Assembly (NCBI GenBank): GCA_000934665.2
Contig: JYFJ02003047.1
Span: 1-46,846 of the forward strand
Length of the DNA: 46,846 bases
From: Catajapyx aquilonaris
Lineage: Eukaryota
Direction of reading: 5' to 3'
How positions within the stretch are numbered: position 1 is the first letter of the stretch; the number at the start of each line of letters is the position of its first letter. Below the pieces are notes generated by a model, which saw only the letters and a program-made list of their open reading frames with translations, ran no database searches and was not told where the DNA came from. Shown here in pieces: positions 1 to 11,987 of this stretch. Both the position numbers and the translations under genes were made by a program.

Positions 1-1306
1 AATATCATATTATGATATTATAATTATTATATCATATAAAAAGGACATTACTCTTTTGCAAGTCATGCTTTTTAATACAAATGAGGTAGTTCTCTGTTCA
101 CAACAAATTCAACTGTGCATGTGTAATATTGGGAGGTTACAAGCTACGTATAGCCTACTGTATAATATAAAAGCGATGACTTTGTAATATACTACCTGCG
201 GGACTGAATAATTATGCATTGTAAAAAGTTATTCAAAATAGATTTATAAAATCTACGTTAGACTTGGTAACATTTGCATAAAGTAAATTTTGCATGAACA
301 GGTAGCAACATTGATTTTTTTCCTATATTCCTGAACACGGCCTCGCAAGTATACCGCATGTAACAAAAGTCATCCCATTCGCATTTTCATCTCGCTCCTA
401 CATCTTCACCTGCATGTGCGGCAACACATCGTTGAAAAGCCTCGTTAATAGGATCCCACTAGTATGTACTGTACGAATCAGGTACGAATCCACAACAAAA
501 TTGATGATAAGTTCACATGGGTGGATGTAGGCGTTTCTACTGCTGCGGGTGTCAACTCAATTCTGAAACACATGGTATAATCCAGCAGGCATAACTATAC
601 TCCAGTCCTTTGGCTGAAAGCCTGTAACCAAGACTTCAATATGCTAACAATGAACATAATGCCATGAATGCCTATATGTGAGCATAGTGTGGAATCAATG
701 TGCAATGCAAATCTGGTAAGCAGCATTCAGATGGTCCATCCCAGCCGTGCCGGGTTTAAATCTGGTTTAAAACCACGCAATTCCCAAAGCTGGAAAAAAA
801 GAGCTTCCCACATTTCCTACATGCCTTTCGGTGTGTTCCACTGGAAACCCCTAGTTAATCATTGATCAGCTCCGATAGATGAGCCTCTCCGCAGTGAGGG
901 AGAAAACAAGCCAAGGGCTGAGAGGAACAAATGTACTAGCTGGACGTGTACTTATCCACTTGTTGCTCTCAGCTCTTCCAAGTTGAAAACGAGGGTTGAG
1001 ATGGACTTGGTCCTCTGAGATGGGGAATTCTTTTGTTCCCACCGTCGTTAGTAGAAATGGGGAGCGTGTCGCCTTCAGGCTTTCTCTGAAAGACCACAGC
1101 TTCATTGGTTGTGTTTGGCAGCTCCCGGGCAAGATACTGGGCCATTCTAGATGAATCACAATAATTTTTTTTTCGGCTTTGAGGAAAGGGACCACAATGG
1201 GGTTTCGTCCAGTGTTTATTCTGCTTATAGTGTATTCTCTGTACTCCCCAGATGAATCCACGTGCACTGTTCAAAAAGATGTCTGGGAGGTTTATTTTCA
1301 CTATCA

Positions 1307-1413
1307 GTCCAACAAGAATTGTCGCAGCGGCAGCGCACGAACTACAATCTACGGGCACAGGGACACGAAAGACTGTAGTTCGTGCGCTGCCGCTGCGACA
1401 ATTCTTGTTGGAC
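1307..1413. repeat. GC-rich foldback hairpin with 40-bp perfect arms (probable MITE relic)
   Basis: GTCCAACAAGAATTGTCGCAGCGGCAGCGCACGAACTACA (1307-1346) is the exact reverse complement of 1374-1413. Pairing extends 4 bp further inward with one mismatch. No clear TSD. Confidence 0.9.
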
Positions 1414-1599
1414 ACCAGGTACATGTCGGCTGTAAATATAAACCTAACAGTTGAAGACCACAATGCCACAAGGGCCAATCGGTCAATTTTTGCGGAAATA
1501 CTTTTATGGCATGATTTCCTTCCTCTGGTGGATGTCCATCCGTAGAAAATGCAAGAAGAGCCTAAATGTCACCAGAAGTGTCTGAAATAGGCTTCTAAC

Positions 1600-1745
1600 T
1601 AGGGATGGAACAAAGCGCGATTTTCAAAGAGCAGTGACAAACGTGATTGTCACCTTTGAAAAGCGCGATTTTAATACGCTACTAATACGCGCTAAGTGAT
1701 CAGCGATTTTAAAATATCAGTGATTTTTAGCGAGACGTGATTTTT
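1600..1745 (+). mobile_element. Probable single end of a non-autonomous hAT-like element
   Basis: Begins TAGGGATGG, a common hAT terminus, followed by several short GCGATTTT/GTGATTTT subterminal repeats. The matching opposite end was not found. Confidence 0.4.
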
Positions 1746-2198
1746 ATCCCATTGATGGTACTTCTAAAGGAGATGCTCACTTTACCATTAGAAGGTTCCC
1801 CTCTGAGGCGCAGTGCGAAACCTAGTGTAAAATAAAGCAGACTGTGGGCCTATATGTTACCAAAAAATCTTTGACCTACGCCCTCGGGAAGTGGTCAAAA
1901 ATGGCCGATATTTTATAATGTATACATGTGGCATGGGAGGCCAAAAAACATTAAATGTCATTACATATAATGTGTAATTACTCTGAGGCGAAAAATGTGT
2001 CTCCTACATAATCATGCTTTATTTTATCCCGCGAATGTTAAGTTCTCCATATTTAAGCCAAAGGAACGATACAGTGCAAGAAGGGACCAATTTTGAGCAT
2101 TAAAATTAGTTAACTAAAATATAAATTACATGGATGTTGTATGTACTATCGGGTTCCAATACTTTCGGCCACTTTATCCTGGTCTTGAAGCAACCATT

Positions 2199-2229
2199 CA
2201 CACACACACACACCCAGGCACACACACAC
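2199..2229. repeat. Interrupted (CA)n microsatellite
   Basis: CACACACACACACAC-CCAGG-CACACACACAC read directly. Confidence 0.9.
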
Positions 2230-5200
2230 CTCCTTAACGTGGGGTCTGTGCAAAGGGTTGCTTCAAGACCAGGATAAAGTGGCCAAAAGTATTTGAACCC
2301 GATGATATCTGTCATTACGTTTAGAGCACAATTGCCTACTATGATAGGAGACAGAAATAAATATTTATTTTTTTGCTTCCTGAACATTTTCTATTTTCAC
2401 AATTGGGCCCTTATTGCATCATTGTGACCTTCAGTTGTTGTTTCCTGTACTTTTTTCAAAATTTGAATGTTTGTGAATGTAAAGGTGATTATGAAAACCG
2501 TGTGATGCAACCAGGCAACAGAATTACAGAAATAGCTCTGTTGGAAAGAGTGACATATGTTTCCTAAAAAGCCATAAGTTATTTCATTCCGCCATTACTC
2601 TTACCGGCAGTAACAACTCAGGTACAGATATCTTCATTTATCACTTCCAATATATTATTCCAGTCATTTCATTGACTTATTAGCTGGGACATAAGAAATA
2701 TTATTTGGTAGCTTTAAATGAGTCGGATAATAATGACATACTGTGTTTACATCAGGGAGGAGCGGGAAGGAATGGGAAGCAAGTATGGGGCATGGGATTT
2801 TTATCTCCTATTTTACCTTGTAAGATTACAGAACACTACCTGTCAGCGTAAAACAAGAAGGAAGAAAACAGATATCGCTCACTCCTGTAGATTTATGACA
2901 TTTCTCCCTTAATATGGCAGGCTATACCGCAAGTATAGATGGAAGTCATTGGCTGTGAATTGGAATCACGCTAAGGCTTTTCTTGATATGTTGATTTTTC
3001 AAATATTCGAGCATGGTTTTAAGTGGAGCACTGCTCTGTCAAAATTCATATGCTCTTAGAATATAACAAAATTAATGGGGGAATTTGAGTCATTAAGGAC
3101 CAATAATATATTGCTTCCAAGGAAGAGCTCTGGCTCCTGTTGTTCTGAGGGTGCTGTGGATAACTTATAACTTAAGTTATCTGAAGAATGTTCCCTTGCT
3201 GATGTTTTATTTTCAACATAATTGAATGCAGATGCGTCGTACAGTTCACTTCGAGGTGACCAACATTTGAAGGATAAACAAAGTGATTAATTTATTGATT
3301 GGGATATCTATGTCCGAGTAACTAGTCTTCTAGTTTCATCCTAACCTGTCAAGCAACCGTCTGTATATGTCGTGCGTGAGGCATAACTTGCAGGCGCAAG
3401 AAGGATTGTCTTTCAATATAACGTATCGTATATAGCATGCTGTCCCTGGTAGAATGACGCTACATCACTTCGGACCTGTTTATTTTCCCCTTGGAGGCAG
3501 GCACGTGAAGCCAGTTATCATGATCACCCACTTCATCCATTACAGTATGAAGAAAGTTTCCTCTTGCAGTCAGGAGGAATGGGACGGGATGTCATGCTTC
3601 CAGATTTGCTTTACCGTAATATTTAGAACGGTATATACCAAGGTATATACTGTAAGTCCCTTTTGAATAATTGCTGAGAATTCAAATATTTCATAAATAT
3701 CTGTCGTTTAAAATAATATATGTTAATCACAACAACTCTCTGAAACTTCACCAAGGTATCATCTTCCTTCAAATCTTACGCGTAATTTTAATTTAGACCA
3801 TATTATGAGGAATGAAAATTTGTCATTTGACATTTTGTAGGATGCAGATTATTATCTACATGCAGCATGGTGTGGCTCGTTATGCTGATGCATAATTGTG
3901 TAATGTTCCAAGTGAATGCGTGTGGCGCCCACTTGTCACCTCCATACATCAACACCGTGTTCTCCTTTGTCTTCCACTATCAGCTACCCGCATCGCCATC
4001 TATGGCTGGCATAATAATGGGTTAATTCTGGATGATAATTTTATTCTCACTTCCACATTAACCAATAGAAACACCTATCCCATTGCCTTTCATGGCGGTC
4101 ATCAAGATAAGGTGTGACGATGCTTTTCAACACTAATTTGTCACTTATAATGGTTATATTAATAAGGTAATTATTTATTTAGACAAAAGTTCATTTTGTT
4201 TTATTAATAAGAACATAAGTATTTTGCAGAATATCTCAATAAGAAATTGAGATTATTCTTCTAAAAGGTGACACAGGATACAGGAAATTCTTTTCAAACC
4301 TCGAGTACACAATGCCATTGTTGCGCGAGTTCTCCGTTGTTTATTTTGAACATCTCACATCATTGGGCGTAGTATTAAGGCAGGAATAATATATTAATGA
4401 GAGATAGGGCATGGACCTTGAAGCCGTCATCATTGCTGGGATGATACGGAAAAGTGGAATTTTTGCGATAAGCATACAAGACGTCAACAAGCACCGTGAC
4501 ATCTCCAATCTGAAAATGTATTGGCCATGTTGCCAACGGCGAGGATGACAAAAGTGTATCGAACGATTCATTACGTTTGTTGCATAACCTACATTAATAT
4601 TTAGCTACTAGTATAGACGACTCACTCAGTTTGTCGTATCAAATGCTGCCTGAAACCTGAATTCTCCCCTGGCACAATGACACTATTATCTCGGCTTGCA
4701 AAGCGATATACCCATTAAAAGGGGCATTCTGAGGCAAGAAACGGACAATGTAGGCCTATTTAGCCTTGAAATAGTATAGACGTCACTAGCCTTTCATTGT
4801 TACATTGTTGATATTGTTGACAGATATGATTACCCATTGTGTGAGTAGGCTATTATTCTAAGGATGACTGCATTATAGTTCAGGGACACTTCATATTTTA
4901 AGTACACATTAGAAGGCCAGCTAAGCGCTCGAGACACTGTCGCGATGACGTATGCTTGATACACTCAAATCAACCATAGTGATAAGTAAGCCGGAGGACT
5001 GCCAGCGTCGCGTCGGGTCGTGACCCCTGACATGATCGGGACTGAGGTTTGAGTGCCTATAACAGCATTTATTTTTAGGTGCCGATGCAATATTGTTTCA
5101 CATACAGGCTGTGTTGAAGGAAAACCATTTTTGCATAATATGCTAGTAAGGTAATAAGCTAATATTTCTTCTTGAATATGCATCTCATAAAAACAATTGA

Positions 5201-5732
5201 AGATCTGCAATCAGCGGCGTAACTAGCCTCGATGAGACTAGAGCACCCCACCTCCGCCAATGCTCCGCACGAATATTTTTATTCAGTTGTCTGTTCAGGA
5301 TGAAGGTAGACATTTTTCCCCTTGACATTGGAGTAGCTAGGAGTGAGGGAGCTAGCCCTCCCTAGCAAACTTTTGGCGCCCCCTCCCCTCCCCAGAAAAT
5401 TTTTGACGCAATGCAAAATCTTTTCAATTATCGCAGAGTCACTGCTTCATTTAATGAAGCAGTTACTCTGCTATAATGCAGTGATAACCAAAGTCGCATT
5501 TTGGTCAAAATTTAATTAAGCATTGTGTAATATTGTCCATGAAGATTTAATATTTCTGATAGAGCACTTACATTCTTTTACAGAAATATCTCAAAATATT
5601 GGATCCCATAAAAATAATATTATGCAATATTCAAAATTAAAACCTCATATCTCAGAACCATACCATGGCACGGGAAGAGCTGCCAGGTCCAGTTTTGGTC
5701 GAATTTTTGACCTAAGTTCTTACCAGTTACAG

Positions 5733-5801
5733 AAGGACATCATGAGGCAGAGAGTGCATTCATTTGTTGACATTCACCTGCAATGAGAGGCAACGTTTAC
5801 A
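5733..5801 (+). pseudogene. Possible upstream exon (69 nt, phase 0-0) of the 6.2-6.7 kb gene, with an in-frame TGA
   Basis: TTACAG acceptor ends at 5732 and GTAAGT donor starts at 5802. Reads KDIMRQRVHSFVDIHLQ*EATFT. All three frames contain a stop. Confidence 0.3.
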
Positions 5802-6217
5802 GTAAGTTACCAATAATTTAATTTACTCGACGATGGTCACTTTTCAACCAACCTGTGACTACAACAAAGTTTTCTTGTAAATACACTCTATATTATTTAA
5901 AAAGCTGCCTCGAACAATAGGGGTAAGCATTTAGCTACACCCTCCCCCCTCCCAAAGATGCACTTCGTTTATGTACACATATCATATACAAATGTCATGT
6001 TGATCTGTCCCACGGAGCAAGCAGGCAGGTGAACGAAAGTGTGTCAAGAATCTAAGGAATGCATTGGCCTACCTGTACCTAGCACATATAGGTTGCCATT
6101 GTGTCGCGTACCCAGTTATTAAAAAGAAATATATGGAGCAGGCCTACCCCAGGGACAGAATCCTTGCTGCAACCGTCCTAGTCGCACGCAACATAATAGT
6201 GTCTCGTCTCTGAGTAG

Positions 6218-6292
6218 GCCTATCTGCGGACCAGCATGCACCTCTCGATGAAAGAAGTGTATGATAAACTCCCCGATCTGGACCGTCTCAGA
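6218..6292 (+). CDS. Putative internal exon of an unknown short-intron gene
   Basis: TAG acceptor ends at 6217. Reads AYLRTSMHLSMKEVYDKLPDLDRLR in frame with the downstream exons. The donor GTGGAC at 6293 is weak and would give a 66-nt intron. Confidence 0.35.
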
Positions 6293-6358
6293 GTGGACCT
6301 GATTACAAAGCTCATTATCAAGTCCTTCTCATATTTGCTTGATATTTGTGAACTACAG

Positions 6359-6427
6359 GACCTATGGCAGGGGAAGCAGAGCGAGGCTGAGAAGCCGGCT
6401 CAACTCAAGAAAGGAGGCAAGAAGGAG
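6359..6427 (+). CDS. Putative penultimate exon of an unknown protein
   Basis: CTACAG acceptor ends at 6358 and a strong GAG|GTATGT donor starts at 6428. Phase 0-0. Reads DLWQGKQSEAEKPAQLKKGGKKE. Confidence 0.55.
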
Positions 6428-6490
6428 GTATGTATGACTGCTGCCACATATTTGGGGATTCTATAACCATGTTGTTTGTTTCATGCACAG

Positions 6491-6736
6491 GAATCTCTCG
6501 AAGATAAGGAACATGCCTTGATGTCCCTATCGCGCAGGCTGGCTGCCATACTGGAGTCCATGCGCTGGCAGAGAAAGCTGGACAACAAGTTCAAGAAAGT
6601 CCTCCGCTTCACTGTCCAACGCGATGTCCAACAGGACGATGTCCGTCGACCATATTTGGGTTCTCAGCTGAGCGACCAAATAATTTTGGGCATGATCCAG
6701 ACGATCGAGGAGAACTTCCCACCTGAAGATGAATAA
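6491..6736 (+). CDS. Putative terminal coding exon of an unknown helical, charged protein
   Basis: A 63-nt GT-AG intron (6428-6490, ending TTGTTTGTTTCATGCACAG) joins two supplied ORFs in frame. The exon reads ESLEDKEHALMSLSRRLAAILESMRWQRKLDNKFKKVLRF...IEENFPPEDE* and is GC-richer than the flanks. AATAAA lies near 6879. Confidence 0.6.
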   Translation, partial: ESLEDKEHALMSLSRRLAAILESMRWQRKLDNKFKKVLRFTVQRDVQQDDVRRPYLGSQLSDQIILGMIQTIEENFPPEDE

Positions 6737-8915
6737 TGAAGAAAAGGCCCCATATTGGACGAGGACTCAAAATTTGCAAATTTGTTGTGTAATTAACATT
6801 AGTTGAGATGAAGTCCTTTAATTTAGCTCCATGTACTGTACGATGGGAAGCGCAGTACCTTTGTATTTTGGAGCCTTAAATAAACAGGCCAGTACACACT
6901 GGTAAGGGGATGTCAAATTATTGGTGTTTTCATTATTTGAGAGATTATTTGGGAGAAACCCTCTTGCTTCCTGTGATATAAGATGATGGAAGGAGTCTTA
7001 AGATTATTGAGATGATATGCAATGGATTGTCAGGGTGCTACTTGGTAATGGTTGGCAGAGGATCTGTGGCTCAATAAGATGCAACTTGTAGTGCAGGCCC
7101 AACTTGTAGCCCTTGTTTGTTAAATAGAGTTGCATCATATCGGACCCAACTAATACGCAACCCCGCCGGGGGGAAAGCACTGAGATACGTGAAGAGCAGC
7201 CATCATGACAATTCACTAGATAGTCTATCCACCCCCATGCACTAATCTAGCTCCGTTGCGCGTAATTCCCACCGTGTACAAATTATATTGCATATTCGCT
7301 AACCGAAACTAATTTTAGTAAACTCCTCTCTTAATACTGTACTTATGAATTTCGATGGCCTTATTTATGTTGAAATCGCAACTCCAAAAGCAACTTTAGT
7401 ACCGTACCGGTCCTTTCAATGAAATAATGACATGTCGTTTGCTTTACCAAACTTATAAATGCTTTAAAAAAAACAATAGAGACCATGTTTAAAACAGCTC
7501 TATGATAAGAATAGTTTTCCAAACATCAGTCTATTAAAAGTAAACTCCCATTAAAATTAGCTATTTGCAAAATAATTCAGGATTATGGCAAGCAGGATTA
7601 TTTATGAGGAGAAAAAGCCAATAATAAGGCGTGGTATACATGTTCTACATACACACAGCATTAAATTTTCAAAATACCAGCAAATCACCAAATGCCTACA
7701 TATAATATGCACAATGCATATTATTTTGTCCAGACCTGGTTTATTGATGTGAAAGCAGCTTATGATAAATTAAACATTTCTAGTGGTTATTGATGCACAC
7801 TAGAGCATGCCTTACAGCATGCCTGTGTGTAAGCTTACGTCCAGATATTTCATGCCTCATCCAGATATGCGCGAACCTATTCTGTCCTTGATACAACGTA
7901 TTGCACTATGGTATACGCTTTATCATGTAATAATTAACCAGTAAAACCATGACGGTAGCTAACACGCCTATAACCAATTATTACACAGTTGCGCATGACA
8001 GTTTTTCAGTATTTAGGTCTACACGTAGGCTATAGCAGCAGGAATATTTTTTTTGCGTTGAATGATTGATTGACTGGTTGATATTAATAGCACAAATGTA
8101 TCACAGACCATGGTGTCCAGAACAGCATTTAATTTTTAAACATTGTATTGCATTACTCATTTGATTAAGGTAGCGATAGTACTGTACGCAGGTGATATTT
8201 GACACCGACACAAATTGGGCGGGATATACGTGTTAGATTATCTTCATTGTTTTGTGCAGGCGAATTCCTATTGGTAGATCACCATGTCCAAAGAGCTTAT
8301 AATTGCATCAAGAGAGGGGGAAAAAAAACCGGTTTCTTTTTCAGCCAACGCATTTGGCTGTTGGCCCATTACGCGGCGCGGCGCTATACTGTCATGTGGA
8401 ATTTCAATAAAATATGTTTTTAAAAATGCAAGACGCACATAATTAAGAGTTATAAATCTTAAAACTAACATATGTGACTAATGTGAGGTATGCAGTTAAG
8501 GTGGTTGGGTAGTGAATCTTAAGTCAAATCATAGCCTGTAAAAAACATTCCACAAGTTGAACTTAAAATTCGGAACAAGGGCTCCCTACATACACGCCTA
8601 CTTATAATGTCGGAAACTGCACTGATCTTTAGGTATACACTGCAATATATATATATTTTTTTGGCGTAGAAAGTGTCATGGTTCAGGGATAAAACGTCTC
8701 CCCACAGCCAGCCGGAGACCCAGGACCCCCAGCACCCAGCACCTCGCCTGCGCGCCATCGTGCGGGAGGGCCGGGAAGCGAATAACGCAGATCCCACAGG
8801 CAGCGCATGCGCCGTTCCGTTCATCGCCGATCCGATCACTCCATCGGATAACTGCTACTCCGTAGCAGCTACTGCGATTCCGCTATCCGCTATCCTGCTA
8901 TCATATACGGATGTA

Positions 8916-9173
8916 GTCACATCAGTACGTAGGGCTGTATACGCTGACGATAGGGCTGTATCCGCAACGAGTGAAGGTTAGGTTAGGTTGGGTTAGTACA
9001 TCGTACCCCTACCCCCTGCCCGTCACATCAGTACGTAGGGCTGTATGCGCTGACGATAGGGCTGTATACGCTGAGGATAGGGCCGTATACGCTGAGGATA
9101 GGGCTGTATATGCAACGAGTGAAGGTTATATAGGTTAGGTTGGGTTAGTACATCGTACCCCTGCCCCCTGCCC
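8916..9173 (+). repeat. Two-tier tandem repeat inside the TIR element
   Basis: Two units (8916-9021 and 9022-9173) each begin GTCACATCAGTACG and carry 2 versus 4 copies of a ~21-nt TAGGGCTGTATACGCTGA(C/G)GA subunit (last copy partial). Each then has GGTTAGGTTGGGTTAG and a C-rich end. Confidence 0.9.
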
Positions 9174-9311
9174 ACATCAAGCAGTGCAAATTAATATTCC
9201 AGCACTGAAAATATCAACATGCTCGCCCCCTCCACGTAATTGGTCATTTAACGGCGGCCTGACCTCTGCGCAGTATTAGAATCCCCATCGGAAAGAGCAA
9301 TCCTAGCGATG

Positions 9312-9392
9312 GCTGCTCTAGCGTATCGGTTAGCGCGCTGGCATATAGATCAGAAGGCTGCAGGTTCGCGGCCGGTTAGGCTTCTTTTTTTT
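9312..9392 (+). ncRNA. Degenerate tRNA-derived Pol III cassette (not a functional tRNA)
   Basis: A-box-like TAGCGTATCGG (9319-9329) and B-box-like GGTTCGCGGCC (9363-9373) sit at tRNA-like spacing, with partial T-arm and anticodon-arm pairing and a T8 run at 9385-9392. The acceptor stem does not pair. Confidence 0.55.
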
Positions 9393-10667
9393 CCCCTCTT
9401 TTTTTCGTCGTCTTTTCTTCTGTCTTTTTTTTCACTCCGTTCCTCCTTATTTTTATCCAGGAATTTATTTAGTACCGTACAGTGCCCTGCAGGAAGTATT
9501 GTCAGTCACGCGTCATTTTATGGCGAAAATGCAATGATACCGAGTCGCAGAATAGCGCAATAGCTGTAGCGGCTGCTGAATAGCAGCTACACAGCTTCCC
9601 GGCCCTCCCGCACGATGGCGCGCAGGCGAGGGGATGGGTGCGGGGGGTCCTGGGTTCCGGCTGTGGGGAGCCGTTTGTTTCAGGGAGCCGCCAGCAGGCT
9701 TGCCAACCTTGATGAGCTTGTGGCCGTTATGTTTGACATGATCTAAAAAGGCCTTAATATGGCCTTAGCATCACGAAATGGACACGCAATGGAACGTACG
9801 AGCCGAATACAACAAATATGTCCAGGGTCAAACTCATACTTTGACAATATTCGACAATATTAGCGTCCCTTTCCGGCACCTTTTTGTGCCTAGGTTTGGT
9901 AGTGAGGTCCGGCAACAGCGCAATCCCTTCCATTGTCGAGTCTACCTTACGTCACGACGTGACGTCACATTCTAATTGACAAAACACTCGCTAGAGTCTG
10001 CTGTGGCGCTGCCAACCAACCATTTTCGGCAGCGGGCTAATTAAAATCTTATAATTAGGATTCGCTATGAATTTACATGTAGTAATAATGACATTTAGTA
10101 CCAAGTACACATGTAATTTTATAAATTATTCTCAAATAAATAATGTTAATGTGCTCTCTTAGAATCGATGAATATTAGTAACGCATATCTCCTCCGCCGG
10201 CGCGGCGTTGCCGCTTCGTACATCCCGCTGCCGCACTACGTCCAGTTAATTGATAATTACTGCTGAACGGAGCCGGTAACATTGCGATTTTCTGCGACTA
10301 ATTAACTCTACACAGTTCAAGCTTTCAAAAGAATAGTTTTATGTACATAATTAGGATTTTAAAGCAAGATCTTTGGCCTTTTTTGCTGCTTCTTGCCGTT
10401 TTTCCATCAGACCAATGTTAAAATTAGCTATGTTTAGGTGTCGGTGGTTCAATAAATTGAACGGTAAGTACCCTTTCTTATGGATTTATTTTAAAGAGCA
10501 CACTTTTGTCTGTAAATCGTGCAATTTTCACGAACTTCTTAGGATGTGGCCATAACTACCCAACCACCTTAAGACACTAATTTTTGGACCCGAAACTGGT
10601 ATTCGGCGCAGCTGACCAACCTGTCCGTCCTCCGGCCGAGGGAGGCGAGTTTCTTCGCCGGTATTAT

Positions 10668-10905
10668 ATGGCGGGGCCTAGCCGGCCTAGAAGGTTGTGC
10701 GCCGCCCGCTACAGCTGTTCGCGCACTGGGGCTGGGATCACATTTTTTGCGTTCTCAAAGGAGCCACAGCTTTTTAATGACTGGTGCCGACTCTCAGGAA
10801 GACATGACTTGCTTGTGACCACTGAGTGTGAAAGCGGGGTGGACCATGGGATGGACCTTCCTAGCTATATAGCCTCTGTGAGCTGCACTTCCCACCCGAA
10901 GCAAT
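10668..10905 (+). pseudogene. Frameshifted THAP zinc-finger (C2CH) relic, probably from a transposon-borne gene
   Basis: MAGPSRPRRLCAARYSCSRTGAGITFFAFSKEPQLFNDWCRLSGRHDLL matches the THAP N-terminal pattern (C..C, FFxF[P]K, W, R). The closing LCELHFPPE (CxxHF) lies at 10874-10900 in a different frame. The conserved Pro is Ser. Confidence 0.75.
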
Positions 10906-11987
10906 CAAGTTTTATGCTCGGTGTAATAATGAATAATGCATATGTATGTAAAACATGTAATATTATGTGGAGTGGAATGAGCATGCTCGATCAAAGAGAG
11001 TATTCCATCACATTATTGACCCTGACCTATGATGGAGGTGTAAACTGAAGAAAGTGTACTGCACTGTACAGTACAATGTATACAGTACGTACAGTACGTG
11101 TATTGCACTTTTCTACTAACTATAGTATGATGCGACCTCTATTATTTCGGGGTTTCTTCACCAGTGACACTGCCTACTACCTTACATTACGATTACAACT
11201 ACTGCACGCGAATATCAATGCATCTTTGACTAAACTACCGTATAGCCATAGTCCAGATATCCGGCAGAATGGTAAATAAACGAAAATTGAGAGGATGTAC
11301 AATACTCTGTATTAGACATGGTTTAGATACACTGTATATTCCAATGATATGTATTCTCCTTATTCCCGTAGATTTTCTTGGGATTATTCCATGCCTCCCA
11401 CATTTAATACTTAAATTTCTCCTCCCCTTCTCCTGTGTCGTACTGTACTCACTTTGAGCCCTCTTCCTTTCCCGATCCCTCCTTGCTTGGTGATGATTAT
11501 TCTGACTATTCTGATTCTTCCGGGTCAGAAATTTTGTTCCCCATGAACCACCACCACAACAACCGCCGATGATATACGGGTACATGTTACAATATAAAAA
11601 TATGAAACATGAAAAGTGTAAACTGCCATGTAATACTGAGCTAAATAATAATATATCGAATAATTTTATAAGCTTACTTGTTGATACAGGGATGCAGAAC
11701 AAATATTTTTGTGTCAGGTTTTATTATAACGATGCAGTGAGAACACCTTAACCATCGGGGAACCATTTTGAATTTTGTGTACCGTCACAATTCACTTGGA
11801 AATATTGCCATGGTATTAGTGGTCTTCATTAGTACCAAAATATATTAATAAGTTACGAAAGTACCCATGAATATAGGCACCATACACCATACACACACTG
11901 ACAGCGAAACAAGGTCAACCAATACCGTGCTGATAATCGCCATGTTTTTTTTTTCATAATTAAAATTATGGCCCGCAATCTGCTTAA

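Larger units (their letters stand above)
8690..9678. mobile_element. Non-autonomous TIR DNA transposon (989 bp) with an 8-bp TSD
   Basis: About 100-bp imperfect GC-rich TIRs include the exact block CCTCGCCTGCGCGCCATCGTGCGGGAGGGCCGGGAAGC and its reverse complement near 9594-9631. The direct repeat TTCAGGGA flanks both ends (8682-8689 and 9679-9686). Confidence 0.8.

Noticed and set aside
969..1545. Overlapping ORFs on both strands sharing a Cys-rich peptide
   Set aside because: The shared peptide is an artefact of the 1307-1413 hairpin.
5212..5945. hAT-like element from CAGCGGCGTAACTAG to TAGCTACACC
   Set aside because: The right end is too degenerate and no TSD could be read.
8975..8996. 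TTAGG repeats as a telomere or interstitial telomeric array
   Set aside because: Only 2-3 imperfect units, and they lie inside a transposon's internal repeat.
8916..9173. 21-nt repeats as a CRISPR array
   Set aside because: The repeats are head-to-tail with no unique spacers, no cas genes are present, and the context is eukaryotic.
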